In this document: positions 1-14,039 of the stretch, piece by piece
Layout of the letters: every line of letters begins with the position of its first letter
Numbering within the stretch: the first letter of the stretch is position 1
Origin: the human T2T-CHM13v2.0 reference genome, Homo sapiens
DNA length: 64,000 nt
Assembly (NCBI RefSeq): GCF_009914755.1
Contig: NC_060925.1
Strand: one strand, 5' to 3'
Notes under the pieces: generated by a model
Databases searched by the model: none
What the model saw: only the letters and a program-made list of their open reading frames with translations
Told to the model about the DNA's origin: nothing
Program-made: the position numbers and the translations under genes

Positions 1-552
1 TGCCCACAGAGGTGGAGTCTAGAGGCAGTAGGTCTTGTTGAGCTGTGGTGGGCTCTGCCCAATTCAAGCTTCCCGGCCACTTTGTTTACCTACTCAAGCC
101 TCAGCAATGGTGGACACCCCTCCCCCAGCCAGGCTGCTGCCTTGCAGATTGATCTCAGACTGCTGCGCTAGCAGTGAGCAAGGCTCTGTGGGTGTGGGAC
201 CCACTGAGCCAGGCACAGGAGAGAATCACCTTGTCTGCTGGTTGCTAAGACCTTGGGAAAAGTGCAGTATTTGGGTGGGGAGTGTCCCGTTTTTCCAGGT
301 GGTCTGTCACAGCTTCCCTTGGCTAGGAAAGGGAAATACTCCAACCCCTTGCACTTCCCAGGTGAGGCAACACCCCCCTCACTCCCCGCTTCAGCTTGCC
401 CTCCATGGGCTGCACCCACTGTCCAACCAGTGCCAGTGAGATGAACCAGGTACTTCAGTTGCAAATGCAGAAATCACCCATCTTCTGCGTAGATCATGCT
501 GGGAGCTGCAGACTGGAGCTGTTCCTATTCGGCCATCTTGGCAACTCCCCCC
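1..552 (-). mobile_element. 5' UTR (5' end) of an L1PA LINE-1, probably L1PA6-8; element continues left of the window
   Basis: Ends in ...ggagctgttcctattcggccatcttggcaactccccc, the reverse complement of the L1 start carrying the YY1 site (caagatggccg); continuous L1 5'UTR motifs such as gatctcagactgctgcgctagc and gcagaaatcaccc. Confidence 0.93.
107..439 (+). other. L1 ORF0 homologue (antisense ORF in the L1 5'UTR), 110 codons, open
   Basis: ATG at 107 in gcaATGg context; MVDTPPPARLLPCRLISDCCASSEQGSVGVGPTEPG resembles primate ORF0 (MAGAPPPASLPPCSLISDCCASNQRDSVGVGPSEPG, recalled). Confidence 0.7.
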
Positions 553-876
553 AAGATTGATCTTTTTAAATCAACCTTACAGCACTTCAAATCTCACTAA
601 AAGTACAATTAAGAGGGCTTTTTAAAGTTCTTTCTTATTTCCTGAAGAAACTTTTGCTGGATATAGTTTGTGCTGTATGTTTTACATTGGTTCCTCAGTC
701 CTTCTCTTTAAATTGCTAAGTCTTTTCATAGTGCCAGCAGCTTTTCACCATTTGCTCATACTTGTTGATGAGGTTTAGAGATGGTTTACTCTGGATAATC
801 TGTTGGTGATTAGTAAGTCACTGTACCTTCCTCTACTACTGACTGAGGGCAGCCAGCAGTTAGGGCTTATGAATTA

Positions 877-1360
877 GAATTAGTTTCAGCTACAAGTGAC
901 AGCAAATGTAAACAGTGCTTTAAATAAGATATAACTTTATTTCTCTTTCAGGCAAAAGAAACCCAGAGGTTATCAATCTCAGGTTGATAGGATGTTTCAC
1001 AGTGTCAGGGGCTCTGGCTCATTCAATCTTATTGCTCCACCTTCCTCAGCATACGGTCTTGGACTGCATGGTTCAAAATGGATGCTCAAGCTCCAGCCAT
1101 CAAGTCTATATTCCAGTCAGCAGTAGGAAGATGGGGAAAGATCACACATCCTCCCTTTAAGAACCACTTTCTGGAAACGACCCTCACCATTTCTACTTAT
1201 ATTCTAGTGATTAGAACTCAATCCTATGACCATACCTAGCTGCCAGGGAGGCTAGACAATATTCTCTGTATTCTGGGTAGCCACTTGATCAGCTAAACGT
1301 TCTATTGCTATGAAACAAGAAGAGAATGGATGTTAGGGAACAACTTGAAATTTCTGACAT
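877..1360 (-). mobile_element. MaLR LTR, MLT1K/L-like
   Basis: Old MLT1 motifs: ttcagctacaagtgacag, caaaatggatgctcaagctccagccatca, gaccatacctagctgccagggaggctag. Confidence 0.65.
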
Positions 1361-1727
1361 GGAACTTTTCCTTTATCTGTTTCCATCTGTTCCACTCTGA
1401 TCCAAGAAGAATTAGGGGCCGGGGGGCAGAGTGGGAATTGCTTCACTCAATGGATAGCAGAGAGAGCAGTCCGTGCTTGCCTCCATCTATACTCATGCTC
1501 TCCTCTTCCTTTGTTTATTGCCAAAATCTGCAGAGATTTCAGATGGGTGGGTGAGATCTCTTTGTGGTTTTCAGCACTTACATAGGATTTCCCTGTTCCT
1601 TGGTTTTATCACTTCAGCAGGAATGATGAGAAGAAATCAAATTGGAGAATTTAGTTGGTACCTTGGTTCAAGAGCCTAAACACAAATTTGACCCTAAGAG
1701 TCCTCTGTTTAAAATCCTGCCCTCCAT

Positions 1728-2780
1728 AGCACATGAAAAGATGTCAATATCATTAGTCATTAGGGAAATGCAGATTAAAAGACAACAAGATAACACTGCA
1801 AACCCACCAGAATGGCTAAAATTACAAGGATATGAAGCTCCTGGAATTCTCATACATTGCTGGTAGGAGCTCAAAAATCTTACTACATCAGAAAAAAAGA
1901 GATTGGTACAACTTAAACATATGCTTATCATATGGCCCAGCAATTCCACTTCTAGATATTTGTCCAAGGGGAATGAAAATATGTCCACACAGAGATTTGT
2001 ACATGAATATTCATAACAGCTTTATTTGTAAAACTAGAAACTAGAAAACAATCCAAATGCACTCAAATGTGCATCAATAGGCAAATAGAGAAGCCAATTG
2101 TGGAAATCCATACAATGGACTACTACTCAGCAATATAAAGGAATGAAGTACTGACACACGCAAGAACATGGACCAAAAACATTATGCTAACTTCTAAAAT
2201 AAAATAAATCAATCTGTATAGTGATGAATCAGACCAGTGGCTGTCTAGGTCAGAGATGGGAGGGAATAGAGAGAAAACATAAAAGGACACGAGGGAAATC
2301 TAGGGGAGTGACAAGGGTGTTCCACATCTTAATTGTGGCAGTATTTATGCAAATGAATACATTTGTTAGAATTCATCAAACTGTATCCTTAAAACTGATG
2401 GGCCAGGTGTAGTGGCTCACACCTGGAATCCCAGCAATTTGGGAGGCCGAGATGGGTGGATCACAAGATCAGTAGATCGAGACTGTCCTGGCCAACACGG
2501 TGAAACCCCACCTCTACTAAAAATACAAAAAAATTAGCTAGATGTGGTGGCGGGCACCTGCGGTCCCAGCTACTGGGGAGGCTGAGGCAGGAGAATGGTG
2601 TGAAACTGGGAGGCAGAGCTTGCAGTGAGCCAAGATCACACCACTGAACTCCAGCCTGGGCGACAGAGCAAGACTCCATCTCAAAACAAAAGACAAAAAA
2701 ACGAAAGCTGATGCATGGGTGCATTTTACTGTGTGTAACATACCTCAGTAAAGGTGATTTAAAAAACAAAAATAAAAACA
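1728..2780 (+). mobile_element. Old L1M 3' end (ORF2 C-terminus and 3'UTR), interrupted by an Alu
   Basis: cattagtcattagggaaatgcagattaaa, cccagcaattccacttctagatat, tactcagcaatataaaggaatgaa; resumes after the Alu to an A-rich end. Confidence 0.85.
2401..2703 (+). mobile_element. AluY-like
   Basis: Full dimer with gagaatggtgtgaa and gagcttgcagtgag diagnostics; TSD aaaactgatg / aaagctgatg. Confidence 0.92.
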
Positions 2781-3729
2781 ACTCCTGCCCTGCTTCCTAC
2801 ATCCAAAAGGATAAAACTGAAACTCTCTTTATAAAAAAAAATCACAAAGGCTTTCGTGATCTGGCCCCTGCCTCCTTCTTCTCCAGCCTTCAGATCCATG
2901 TGGTCATAGTGACCTATCTACTCAAAACTCCAATCATCTATGTCTTTGGTGAGGAGAGTATTATGAGGAAGAAATCCAATATTGCTTAATAAATGCAGTT
3001 TTCTTGGCATTTCCTACCATCTTTCAGGTGCTAGGATGTATAGAAATAACACAAGTAAACCTTACTGACAAGGGAGTTGGGGCTTTTCGAAAAGGTTCTC
3101 TCTAAGTGGCCCCAGCGTTAATAGCCTAGGCATCGGTTCATCGACCCCCAGCAGAGCCTCCCTGCTGTAGCAACATGCTCCTAAATAAGTATTTTTGCCA
3201 GGACAACCCTGTTATTTTCCTGCTTGAGAACGAATTTTAAATTTTAAAGAGGAAAAAAAAAAAACCCTCAGATACCTTCAGTCATTCATTCCATACCACC
3301 CGTAATATGTCACTTTGTCTTGAAATTTTCCCCTGTATGGCTTGGCTTTAATGGGTTCAGCATTTAGTGAGCTAGGCATGGATTATGTGCGAAATGCATT
3401 AACCTCTCACATGATTGTAAAAATTGCCTTAATAAAATAGAGCTAAATCCTACTTAATAGCAATAAAACAGAAGCCACTATATTCCAGGGATGCTAATGA
3501 CCTGTGAGTCATTCCTTTTTATTTTAGAAGGTTGAACATTTGGAATTTGTCCTTTTTTATGAAATTTTTAAGCTTGGGCAACTGCTGGAAAATCACACAA
3601 GTTTAAAGAAGTTTCCTGCTCACAGATACTGGAGAGCCAAGAAACTTCATCATATTTTTAAAGCTTTGTCATCCTGAGATGTGCTTTTGAGGTCATAGAT
3701 GCAAATGGCAAAAGGAAAGCACTGATTAT

Positions 3730-3955
3730 AACTAATATTTGCCTAGTGCTTTACTGCTTACAAAGCTTTTTTTTAACCTATATCCATTGATTGAGCTCGT
3801 GTAACAGACTTGTGAAGTAGGTACTATTATCTCCATTTTACAGATAAAAAATCACAACTCAGAGAGGTAAAGGAATTTGTCCAAATCCTCACAGCTAATA
3901 AAATGAAGAACTAGTATATGGATCCAGGTCCTCTTAATTCAAGTCCCATGCTATC
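3730..3955 (-). mobile_element. MIR
   Basis: Core ctccattttacagat...ctcagagaggtaaaggaatttgtccaa. Confidence 0.75.
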
Positions 3956-4076
3956 CTTAAGTGCTGTTTTCATATTTATCTTGAATGATAATCATCTGCT
4001 TATAAATGGAAGGAAATGGTAATAAGTGCTCAATAACCTGAAAAACTGCCAAGTTTTGGCCTCTTCCCTTTCCCAA

Positions 4077-5192
4077 TGTTAGGGCTCAAAAAATTACACC
4101 CTAAACTGTGGTGCTTTGGCATGCCGAGTACTTTGAACTAAAGGAGATTGGAAGGCCTCAGAAGCAAGTTCTCCCTGACCTTCTCCTCCTTTCCGCTCTC
4201 TTACCCCTCTTACCTCTCTTCTCCCATGAAGCAAGTAATAGAAACTGGAATTCTTCTTCCCCAAGGTGGTTTCAAGGAAGTAGAACCCCTCTGCCCCAAA
4301 GCAAGCCATAAAACCTAGACCTATTACTTTAACCTTCTCCTGCCTTTCTGTGTAGGAGCCAGCCATAAAGAAATTATCTGACCCACCTTGTCTGAGGATA
4401 GGTCATAAGACCCTCATTCCAGAGGGGTCCTACCCTGTACCTGAGTGGGAGGAATGTTACAGAGAAAGGCCAAGAAGAGTCTGAACAGACGGGCCTTGCT
4501 TGGTCTCCCTGCCCTCAGTCTACTACCATTAGGTCATTCCCTTTTGTCCAGTTGTCTCTCTACATGGCTGTGCATCCTTCATCTAATATAAGCATTAAAA
4601 CGGACAGTTTTGCCTGAGTCTTTGGCTCTTCATTTTTGAAGGATCCTGTGTCACCTAAAACTTTGATTAAATAAATCTATTATGTTATTCTCTTGCTAAT
4701 CTGTCCTTTGTTATAAAGGCGTATTGGCCATGACCCTTATGATGGGTAAAGAAAGATATCACACCTTTGTATTATCCCATTCACACACTGCTATAAATAA
4801 CTACCTGAAACTGGGTAATTTACAAAGAAAAGAGGTTTAATTGACTCCCAGTTGCATAGGCTGTACAGGAGGCATGGCTGGGGAGGCCTCAGGAAACTTA
4901 CAATCATGGTGTAAGGGCAAAAGAAGCAAGCACTTCTTCACATGGTGGCAGGAAAGAAAGAGAGAGCAAAGGGGGAAGTGCTACACACTTTCAAACAACT
5001 AGATTTCATGAAAACTCATTCACCATCACGAGAACAGCAAGGGAGAAGTCTGCCCCCATGATTCAATCACTTCCCACCAGGCTCCCCTCCTCCAACGCTG
5101 AAGATCACAATTCAACATGAGATTTGGGTGGGGACACAAAGCCAAAGCACATCATCCTTTTTTTGCCCTTATCACACCTCTTTGCCCCTACA
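4077..5192 (+). mobile_element. ERV1 solo LTR (MER34/MER39 group), interrupted by an MST LTR
   Basis: TG..CA termini (tgttagggctca...gcccctaca); 4-bp TSD ccaa/ccag; ctttggcatgccgagtactttgaactaaaggagattggaaggcctcagaagc motif. Confidence 0.75.
4768..5154 (-). mobile_element. MSTA/THE1-type MaLR solo LTR
   Basis: tgtattatcc...ggaggcctcaggaaacttacaatcatgg...gagatttgggtggggacaca...atca; TSD acctt/tcctt. Confidence 0.9.
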
Positions 5193-5520
5193 CCAGCAAA
5201 GTCAGGTTTACCATGGAAGCATTTGCTATCCCATATCAGAACCACAGTTTTCTGCCAGTCTTTGTAATAACTATGATAATCATAACAATTATTATTGCAA
5301 TAACAATAACAATAGCAACAGTAATCATACTAACTGCTGTCTTCATTGAGCACTGCAACTGCTGTCATTATTAAGCACCATGGTAGGCATTATTAAGTGT
5401 CCTATATGTTTTATCCTATTTAATACTCACCATAATGAAATAGATATTATTATTATTTCCCATTTTTCAGATGAAGAAACTAAGGATGAGAGGAATTAAG
5501 AAACTTGGCCAGTCATGGAA

Positions 5521-6559
5521 TATGGTAGATTAACTATTAAATTGACCCCAATTTCCCATCTCTCCCTGTATTCCTGCCCTTTGCAAGATGATTTAAAGAC
5601 GTTCCCATAAAGACATGGAGAGATTTCCATACCTGCGAATCCAGTCTCTGACTTGCTTTAGTCAACAGGATGCAGCAAAAGTCATGATGTGCCAGTTCTG
5701 AGCTTGTGCACTTCTACTATCACTCAGAACACTGCCACTGCCATGAGAACAAATCCAGGCTTGCCTACTAGACAATAAGAAACTACATGATCTGATCTGT
5801 CTCAGCTTCAGTCATTCCAGACCACTCAGACCCTAGCTGACCTACTAGGTGACCACAGACACATGGGCAAGCCCAGCCAAGATCAGCCATGTCTGTCCCA
5901 GATCGACAGAACTCTCCAGCCAACCCACGGACTAATGAGAAATCATAAATTGCTTTCTTAAGCCACGAGGTTTTGAGGTAGAGTGATGGTTAATTTAATG
6001 TGTCAACTTAACTGGCTAAGGGATGCCCAGATATCTGCTTAAACACTATTTATGGGTGTGTCTGTGAGGGTGTTTTCAGAAGAGATTAGCTTTTGAATCA
6101 GTACACTGAGCAAAGATCACCCTCATCAAGGTGTGTGAACATCATTCAATCTGTTTATGGCCCAAATAGAACAAAAAAGGCAAAGAAAGTAAAATTCCCT
6201 CTCTTCTTAAGCTAGACATCTATCTTCTCCTGCCTTCAGACATGAGAGCTCCTGGTTCTTGGGTCTTCAGCCTTCAAGGCTTACACCAGAGGCTCCCTGG
6301 TTCTCAGGTTGTTAGACTAGGACTGAATTATATTACTGGTTTTCCTGGTGCTCCAGCTTGCTGATGGCATATTGTGAGACCTCTGCCTCCACAATCATGT
6401 GAGGCAATTCCTATAATAAATCTCCTCATATGTCTATCTATCTATCAATCTATCTATCTAATTATCTATCTATCATCTATCTATCCTATTGGTTCTGTTT
6501 CTCTGGAGAACCCTGACTTATACTGGTGGCTCGTTACACAGCAATAGCTAACTGTTACA
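5521..6559 (+). mobile_element. MLT1H-like MaLR LTR interrupted by MLT2B
   Basis: gatgtgccagttctgag, cccagccaagatcagc, ttaagccac; 3' end gttacacagcaatagctaactgttaca resumes after the insertion. Confidence 0.75.
5982..6524 (+). mobile_element. MLT2B (ERVL) solo LTR with internal (TCTA)n
   Basis: gtgatggttaatttaatgtgtcaactt...cctattggttctgtttctctggagaaccctgact; TSD ggtag/ggtgg. Confidence 0.88.
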
Positions 6560-6568
6560 AGGTGAAAC

Positions 6569-7417
6569 TGAAACAAGAGAGTTCCCTTATCCCCCTCACA
6601 GGATGTGTGACAGGGGTGTGGCTTGATCCTTCAGTTGCCCCAGTGCTCAAACCCCTAGGGGAAGCATGCAGACAGGCAGGTGCAGAGGCTGTGGGGAGCA
6701 CTTTTGGGATCCAGCCCCATAGCAGTGTCTAGGGGTGGGTGTCTGTGACTCCCAAAGCCCAAGTGGGTGTGTGTTACAGTGTGCTCTTTCAGCTTTGCTG
6801 TCTGCAGACACCTTGTGTTAATTAGCTCAATAGACCCTCTGCCTTATCGCAAGGGCAGAGGGCCAGTGTGACAGCTTTCTGTACCCCGAGCTCTTGCCCA
6901 GTGTACCAGAAAAATTGGATCACATGTGGGCTCAAAGGATGTGTGCAAGGTTTTATTGAGTGGTGGAGGTGGCTCTCAGCGAGACAGATGGGGAGTCGGA
7001 AGTGGGGGATGGAGTGGGAAGGTGGTCTTCCCCTGGAGTTGGGCCACCCGGCAGCTGGACTCTTCTCCTACTGCCCCTAGCCCCAACCTGACTGAACTCC
7101 CCTTGGTGTCCAGATGTCCTTCTTCTTCTCTGTTTCTCTGCCATGTCATTCCGCTGTTGCTGGTCTGCCGGTCAGCTGGTGTCTGTGCCTGCTCAACATT
7201 CTCTGCTTGTGTCTGTGCTTGCTAGGGTCTCGGGTTTATATGGGCACAGGATGGGGTGCATGGCAGGTGAGGGTGGTCTTGGAAAATGCAACATTTGGGT
7301 GCAAAAGCAGGAGTGCCTGTTCTCACTTAGGTCCATGGGCATAGGCCTGAGGGTGGAGCCCTCGCCAGGGACCCCATCCTTCTCTACCCAGCACTTTTCT
7401 GCCCCCTTCCCATATCA
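6569..7417 (-). mobile_element. ERV1 solo LTR (LTR27/LTR28/MER52 group)
   Basis: TG..CA termini with perfect 4-bp TSD aaac; gagttcccttatccccctcacaggatgtgtgacaggggtgtggct motif; polyA signal (ttttatt) and TATA-like (tttata) on the minus strand. Confidence 0.78.
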
Positions 7418-7893
7418 AAACCAGGATTTAGACCTAGGTCTTATGGGTTCCATAGCTTGAACTCTTCCTTGTACTCTGCATGGATAAGCCATATCCTTCT
7501 AAACAATCACAGCCAGCAGGATTGGGAGAAACGTCAATGTCAGCCCAGGGGAATAGGATAGGATATCTCATTCACTGATAGAATTTGGGCCACTGTCAGT
7601 TTAGGTGTAAAAATTGAAAGACTCAGATGACCTGGGTTCTGAATCCAGCTCTGCCACTAGAATCTGTAAAACCTTGACCAAGCCACTCATATATCTAGGC
7701 ATCTGTGATCTTATCCACAAGAGGAAGAGGTCAAGACATATTTGCTCAGACTAATGTTTGCCAATAGCTGCAGTGTTAAGCAATGTGCTACATGCCAAGG
7801 ATACAAACCTTACAAAATTCTCATCCTCAAGAAGCTCACAGTCTAATGGAGACATAAACATTGCAAACAAAAAAATTGGAAACAGATAGGTAT

Positions 7894-8390
7894 TGTGGTA
7901 GGCAAAATAATGGTTCCCCAAAGATACCCACATCTTAATCCTGTATCCAGGAATTTGGGGATATGTTATCTTCCATGGCCAAAAGCACTTTGCAGGTGTG
8001 ATTTAGTTATGGATCTTGGGATTGGAAGACAGCCCTGGATTATCTGGGTTATTGTAATCTAATGTAATCACAGGGATTCTTACAAGAGGGAGGCAGGAGG
8101 GCAAGAGTCAAATAGGGAGATTTGAAGATTCAACACTGCTGGCTTTGAAGATGAAGGAAGGGGCCACAAACCAAGGAAGACAGGCAACCTCTAGAAGCTG
8201 GAAAGGCAAAGAAATGGGTTCTTCCAAAGAGCCTCCAAAAGGAATGTGTTTCTGCCAACACTTTGATTTTAGACAAATAAGACCTATTTTGGACTTCTGA
8301 CCTCTAGAACAGGAAGAGAATAACTCTGTGCTGTTTTAAGCCACTCAATTTGTAATGATTTGTTACAGCAGCCATAGAAAATGCATATAC
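7894..8390 (+). mobile_element. MLT1C/D LTR
   Basis: tgtggtaggcaaaataatgg...ctagaagctggaaaggcaaag...ttttaagccact...gttacagcagccatagaaaa. Confidence 0.87.
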
Positions 8391-8789
8391 CATGCCTGGC
8401 TCAGTACCTGGCACTTAAGATGTTGCCTGGCACACAAGAGGTGACTGACTCCAAATGATTCCCTGGTGATGTTGCCAGTCTCAGGCCCTGGTGTGTTCTT
8501 GAGAAGGTCTCTTGGAATGCGCAGTCTTTGGGTCCATGGTTTCTTACAGAGAGAACTGGGGGGAAATAAGATGGGATATCTCTGGCTGGCCACCAATTCC
8601 CACCACCTCTTGGCTTCTGCTGCTCCTATCCAGCCACAAGGCTGTGCCAGGCTGCGGTAGAGGAGCATGGAGAGAACCAAGGCACAGTCTCTTCCCTCTG
8701 GAAGGGGAGCTATACAAGAGCGTGGACTATCTGAGCAAGGCCTGTAGCCTTGGGCACCGGGTGGGAATGACTCCACCTTCTCCCTTCTA

Positions 8790-9525
<736 letters not shown>

Positions 9526-9616
9526 GACCCAAACCCACCGTGAAATGAATTTGCCGACAGCAGAACTTGGGCCAGGACACTCACTTGCACAAGATATTCC
9601 ACTGGAACACACTCAC

Positions 9617-9652
9617 AGTCACACATGCATACACACACACACACACACACAC
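9617..9652 (+). repeat. (CA)n microsatellite
   Basis: cacacatgcatacacacacacacacacacacac. Confidence 0.9.
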
Positions 9653-9707
9653 TTTCCTATGGGATCAATTCCAGACTCCTTGTCAGAGCATCCAAGGCCT
9701 TTGATGA

Positions 9708-10869
<1,162 letters not shown>

Positions 10870-10914
10870 GCTCATCTGTGAGTCCTAAGGCAGGGACAAC
10901 CTTCTAACCCTATC

Positions 10915-11090
10915 TTTCGCTGAGCACTTGCTGAGTGACAGGCACTGTGCTAAGCCTTTTACTGGTATTATTTTATTATTCTCACAACAACCTGATGAGG
11001 TAGGGACTGACCACTCCCAGTTGACAGGTGAGAAAATAAAGCCAGCAATGGACAGCGCTAGGATTCAAACATAGGTCTGTCTGGCTCCCA
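10915..11090 (-). mobile_element. MIR
   Basis: ggcactgtgctaagc...ctcacaacaacctgatgaggtagg...ggattcaaac. Confidence 0.75.
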
Positions 11091-11897
11091 GGTCAACTCC
11101 AGATTACCCTCTTGGAGGAGGGGGTGTCAAACTCAGAGGCCACAACCTCAGTGACAGGGCCTCTGCAAACAGGACTGCAAGGCACAGGTATGCGGGTTTC
11201 ATGAAGGCCCCTGGCCAATGGAGCAAGGAGACCAAAGGAATCAGCCTCCCAGGCTGGCCAAGGTGGGCACCTCAGGGCTGCTTCCTTCCAGAAGGGACTC
11301 CTTTTTCTAGTCTTCACTCAGGGGCCATCTAGATTAGCCCTATATCAGAACTGCAGTCCTATGATGTTTGCTAATCTAATTTCCCCATTGCGTTGTGTGG
11401 AGAGGACGCATTCTGAAGGCATCTCAGTATAAACATCAGAGGCTGTCATGGATGTGTCAAATCAAGGCCCCAAGGCTTCAGGCCCTGAGATAAATCCTGC
11501 CCCTCCTCTTTAATTAATTCTCTCATCCTCTTTATGTTTAACATAGACTGGGCCTGTTCCTCAAATTCGTTTATTTGGTTCTGCAAGAGAAGATTCCCAG
11601 AGACATGTATTTTAAACAAGTCTTAACTTTTGTCAGTGTAACATGTGATTAGCACTTTCCACTTGAGCTCTGTTATAATGCCAAGTGGCCCATGTCCCTC
11701 AAAACTGGTGTTAGGAATCATCAATGGCCTCCTGCTGAGTTCTAGGACACAGCAGAGACTTCTTGCTCCAACTGTCCTTATGTGCTGGTCACTTATTGTC
11801 CTAACAAGGAACTGGGTTTTCATTGCCCAGAGCTCTTGCTTTTCAAAAGTAATCTCTTAGCTGTTCCATAAGAATATCACTTTTACAAGAGGCATGC

Positions 11898-13537
11898 GCT
11901 CTCCCTCTCCCTCTCCCTCTGCCTCTGCCTCTGCCTCTGCCTCTGCCTCTGCCTCTCCCGCTCCCTCTCCCTCTTCCTCTCCCCACGGTCTCCCTCTGCC
12001 TCTCTTTCCACGGTCTCCCTCTCCCTCTCTTTCCACGGTCTCCCTCTGATGCCGAGCCGAAGCTGGACTGTACTGCTGCCATCTCGGCTCACTGCAACCT
12101 CCCTGCCTGATTCTCCTGCCTCAGCCTGCCGAGTGCCTGCGATTGCAGGCGCGCGCCACCAGGCCTGACTGGTTTTCGTATTTTTTCGGTGGAGACGGGG
12201 TTTCGCTGTGTTGGCCGGGCTGGTCTCCAGCTCCTAACCATGAGTGATCCGCCAGCCTCGGCCTCCCGAGGTGCCGGGATTGCAGAGGGAGTCTCGTTCG
12301 CTCAGTGCTCAATGGTGCCCAGGCTGGAGTGCAGTGGCGTGATCTCGGCTCGCTACAACCTCCACCTCCCAGCCGCCTGCCTTGGCCTCCCAAAGAGCCG
12401 AGATTGCAGCCTTTGCCCGGCCGCCACCCCGTCTGGGAAGTGAGGAGTGTCTCTGCCTGGCCGCCCATCGTCTGGGATGTGAGGAGCCCCTCTGCCTGGC
12501 TGCCCAGTCTGGAAAGTGAGGAGCGTCTCTGCCCGGCCGCCATCCCATCTAGGAGGTGAGGAGCGCCTCTTCCCCGCCGCCATCCCATCTAGGAAGTGAG
12601 GAGCGCCTCTGCCCGGCCGCCCATCGTCTGAGATGTGGGGAGCGCCTCTGCCCCGCCGCCCCGTCTGGGATGTGAGGAGCGCCTCTGCCCTGCCGCGACC
12701 CCGTCTGGGATGTGAGGAGCGTCTCTTCCCGGCCGCCCCGTCTGAGAAGTGAGGAGCCCCTCCGCCCGGCAGCCGCCCCGTCAGGGAGGGAGGTGGGGGT
12801 CAGCCCCCGCCAGGCCAGCCGCCCCATCCGGGAGGGAGGTGGGGGGTCAGCCCCCACCAGGCCAGCCGCCCCATCCGGGAGGGAGGTGGGGGATCAGCCC
12901 CCGCCCAGCCAGCCGCCCCGTCCGGGAGGTGAGGGGCGCCTCTGCCCGGCCGCCCCTTCTGGGAAGTGAGGAGCCCCTCTGCCCGGCCACCACCCCGTCT
13001 GGGAGGTGTACCCAACAGCTCATTGAGAACGGGCCATGATGACAATGGCGGTTTTGTGGAATAGAAAAGGGGGAAAGGTGGGGAAAAGATTGAGAAATCA
13101 GATGGTTGCTGTGTCTGTGTAGAAAGAAGTAGACATGGGAGACTTTTCATTTTGTTCTGTACCAAGAAAAATTCTTCTGCCTTGGGATCCTGTTGATCTA
13201 TGACCTTACCCCCAACCCTGTGCTCTCTGAAACATGTGCTGTGTCCACTCAGGGTTAAATGGATTAAGGGCGGTGCAAGATGTGCTTTGTTAAACAGATG
13301 CTCGAAGGCAGCATGCTCGTTAAGAGTCATCACCACTCCCTAATCTCAAGTACACAGGGACACAAACACCGTGGAGGGCCGCAGGGTCCTCTGCCTAGGA
13401 AAACCAGAGACCTTTGTGCACTTGTTTATCTGCTGACCTTCCCTCCACTATTGTCCTGTGACCCTGCCAAATCCCCCTCTGCGAGAAACACCCAAGAATG
13501 ATCAATAAAAAAAAAAAAAAAAAAAGATCCAAAAAAA
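11898..13537 (+). mobile_element. Full-length SVA retrotransposon (SVA_C/D-like)
   Basis: (CCCTCT)n head, antisense Alu-like domain (~12045-12410), GC-rich VNTR (~12410-13000), SINE-R (~13000-13509), AATAAA plus poly(A); TSD aagaggcatgc (11887-11897) / aagagacatgc (13538-13548). Confidence 0.97.
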
Positions 13538-14039
13538 AAGAGACATGCCCACAGTATTACAACCATGGACAACCTCAGTGAAACTCTGGGTTATTAGCTG
13601 GAGACCTAAAGGTGGCACCAAAATGAGTATCTACGTTCAACCAAATTAATGACACTCCTCAACCTTTGACCACAGAAGCCCATGAAGTCACTAACCAATG
13701 CCATCTGCACTCCAGACACTCACAGTATAATGCATCCGCCCTTGGAGCTAGAGATCCCCACAGCCTGGTCTTGCAGCTCCAAGGCCAGCGGCCCCACGCA
13801 GAAGTCCCACCTGACCCTGCCACCAGCCCACAGCCTCTGGTCACCCTTCTATACCATCTGGCTTCAGAGGGCTGAGGGGCAGTTCACTGCCGGCCAGTTC
13901 AGCCAGGATTTGTTGGACACAAAAAGAATGGAAATGTGTATTAGAAATGAGCACTATATAAACAGTCAATAAATATAAGATCATGTTACGATCATGACTC
14001 TTGTTACACACACCCGCCCCCCCAACCCATGTTCTCGTA

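Larger units (their letters stand above)
5340..7470 (-). mobile_element. MIR split by LTR insertions (pieces about 5340-5520 and 7418-7470)
   Basis: cccatttttcagatgaagaaactaagg at the left; aaaccaggatttagacctaggtct resumes the MIR after the LTRs. Confidence 0.6.

Noticed and set aside
5117-5374. Hydrophobic I/T-rich ORF resembling a membrane peptide
   Set aside because: Translation of low-complexity (AAT/AAC) sequence next to an LTR end
11843-13501. Cluster of overlapping ORFs, RG/RE/RQ-repeat peptides and CpG-island-like composition
   Set aside because: Explained entirely by the SVA hexamer, Alu-like, VNTR and SINE-R domains
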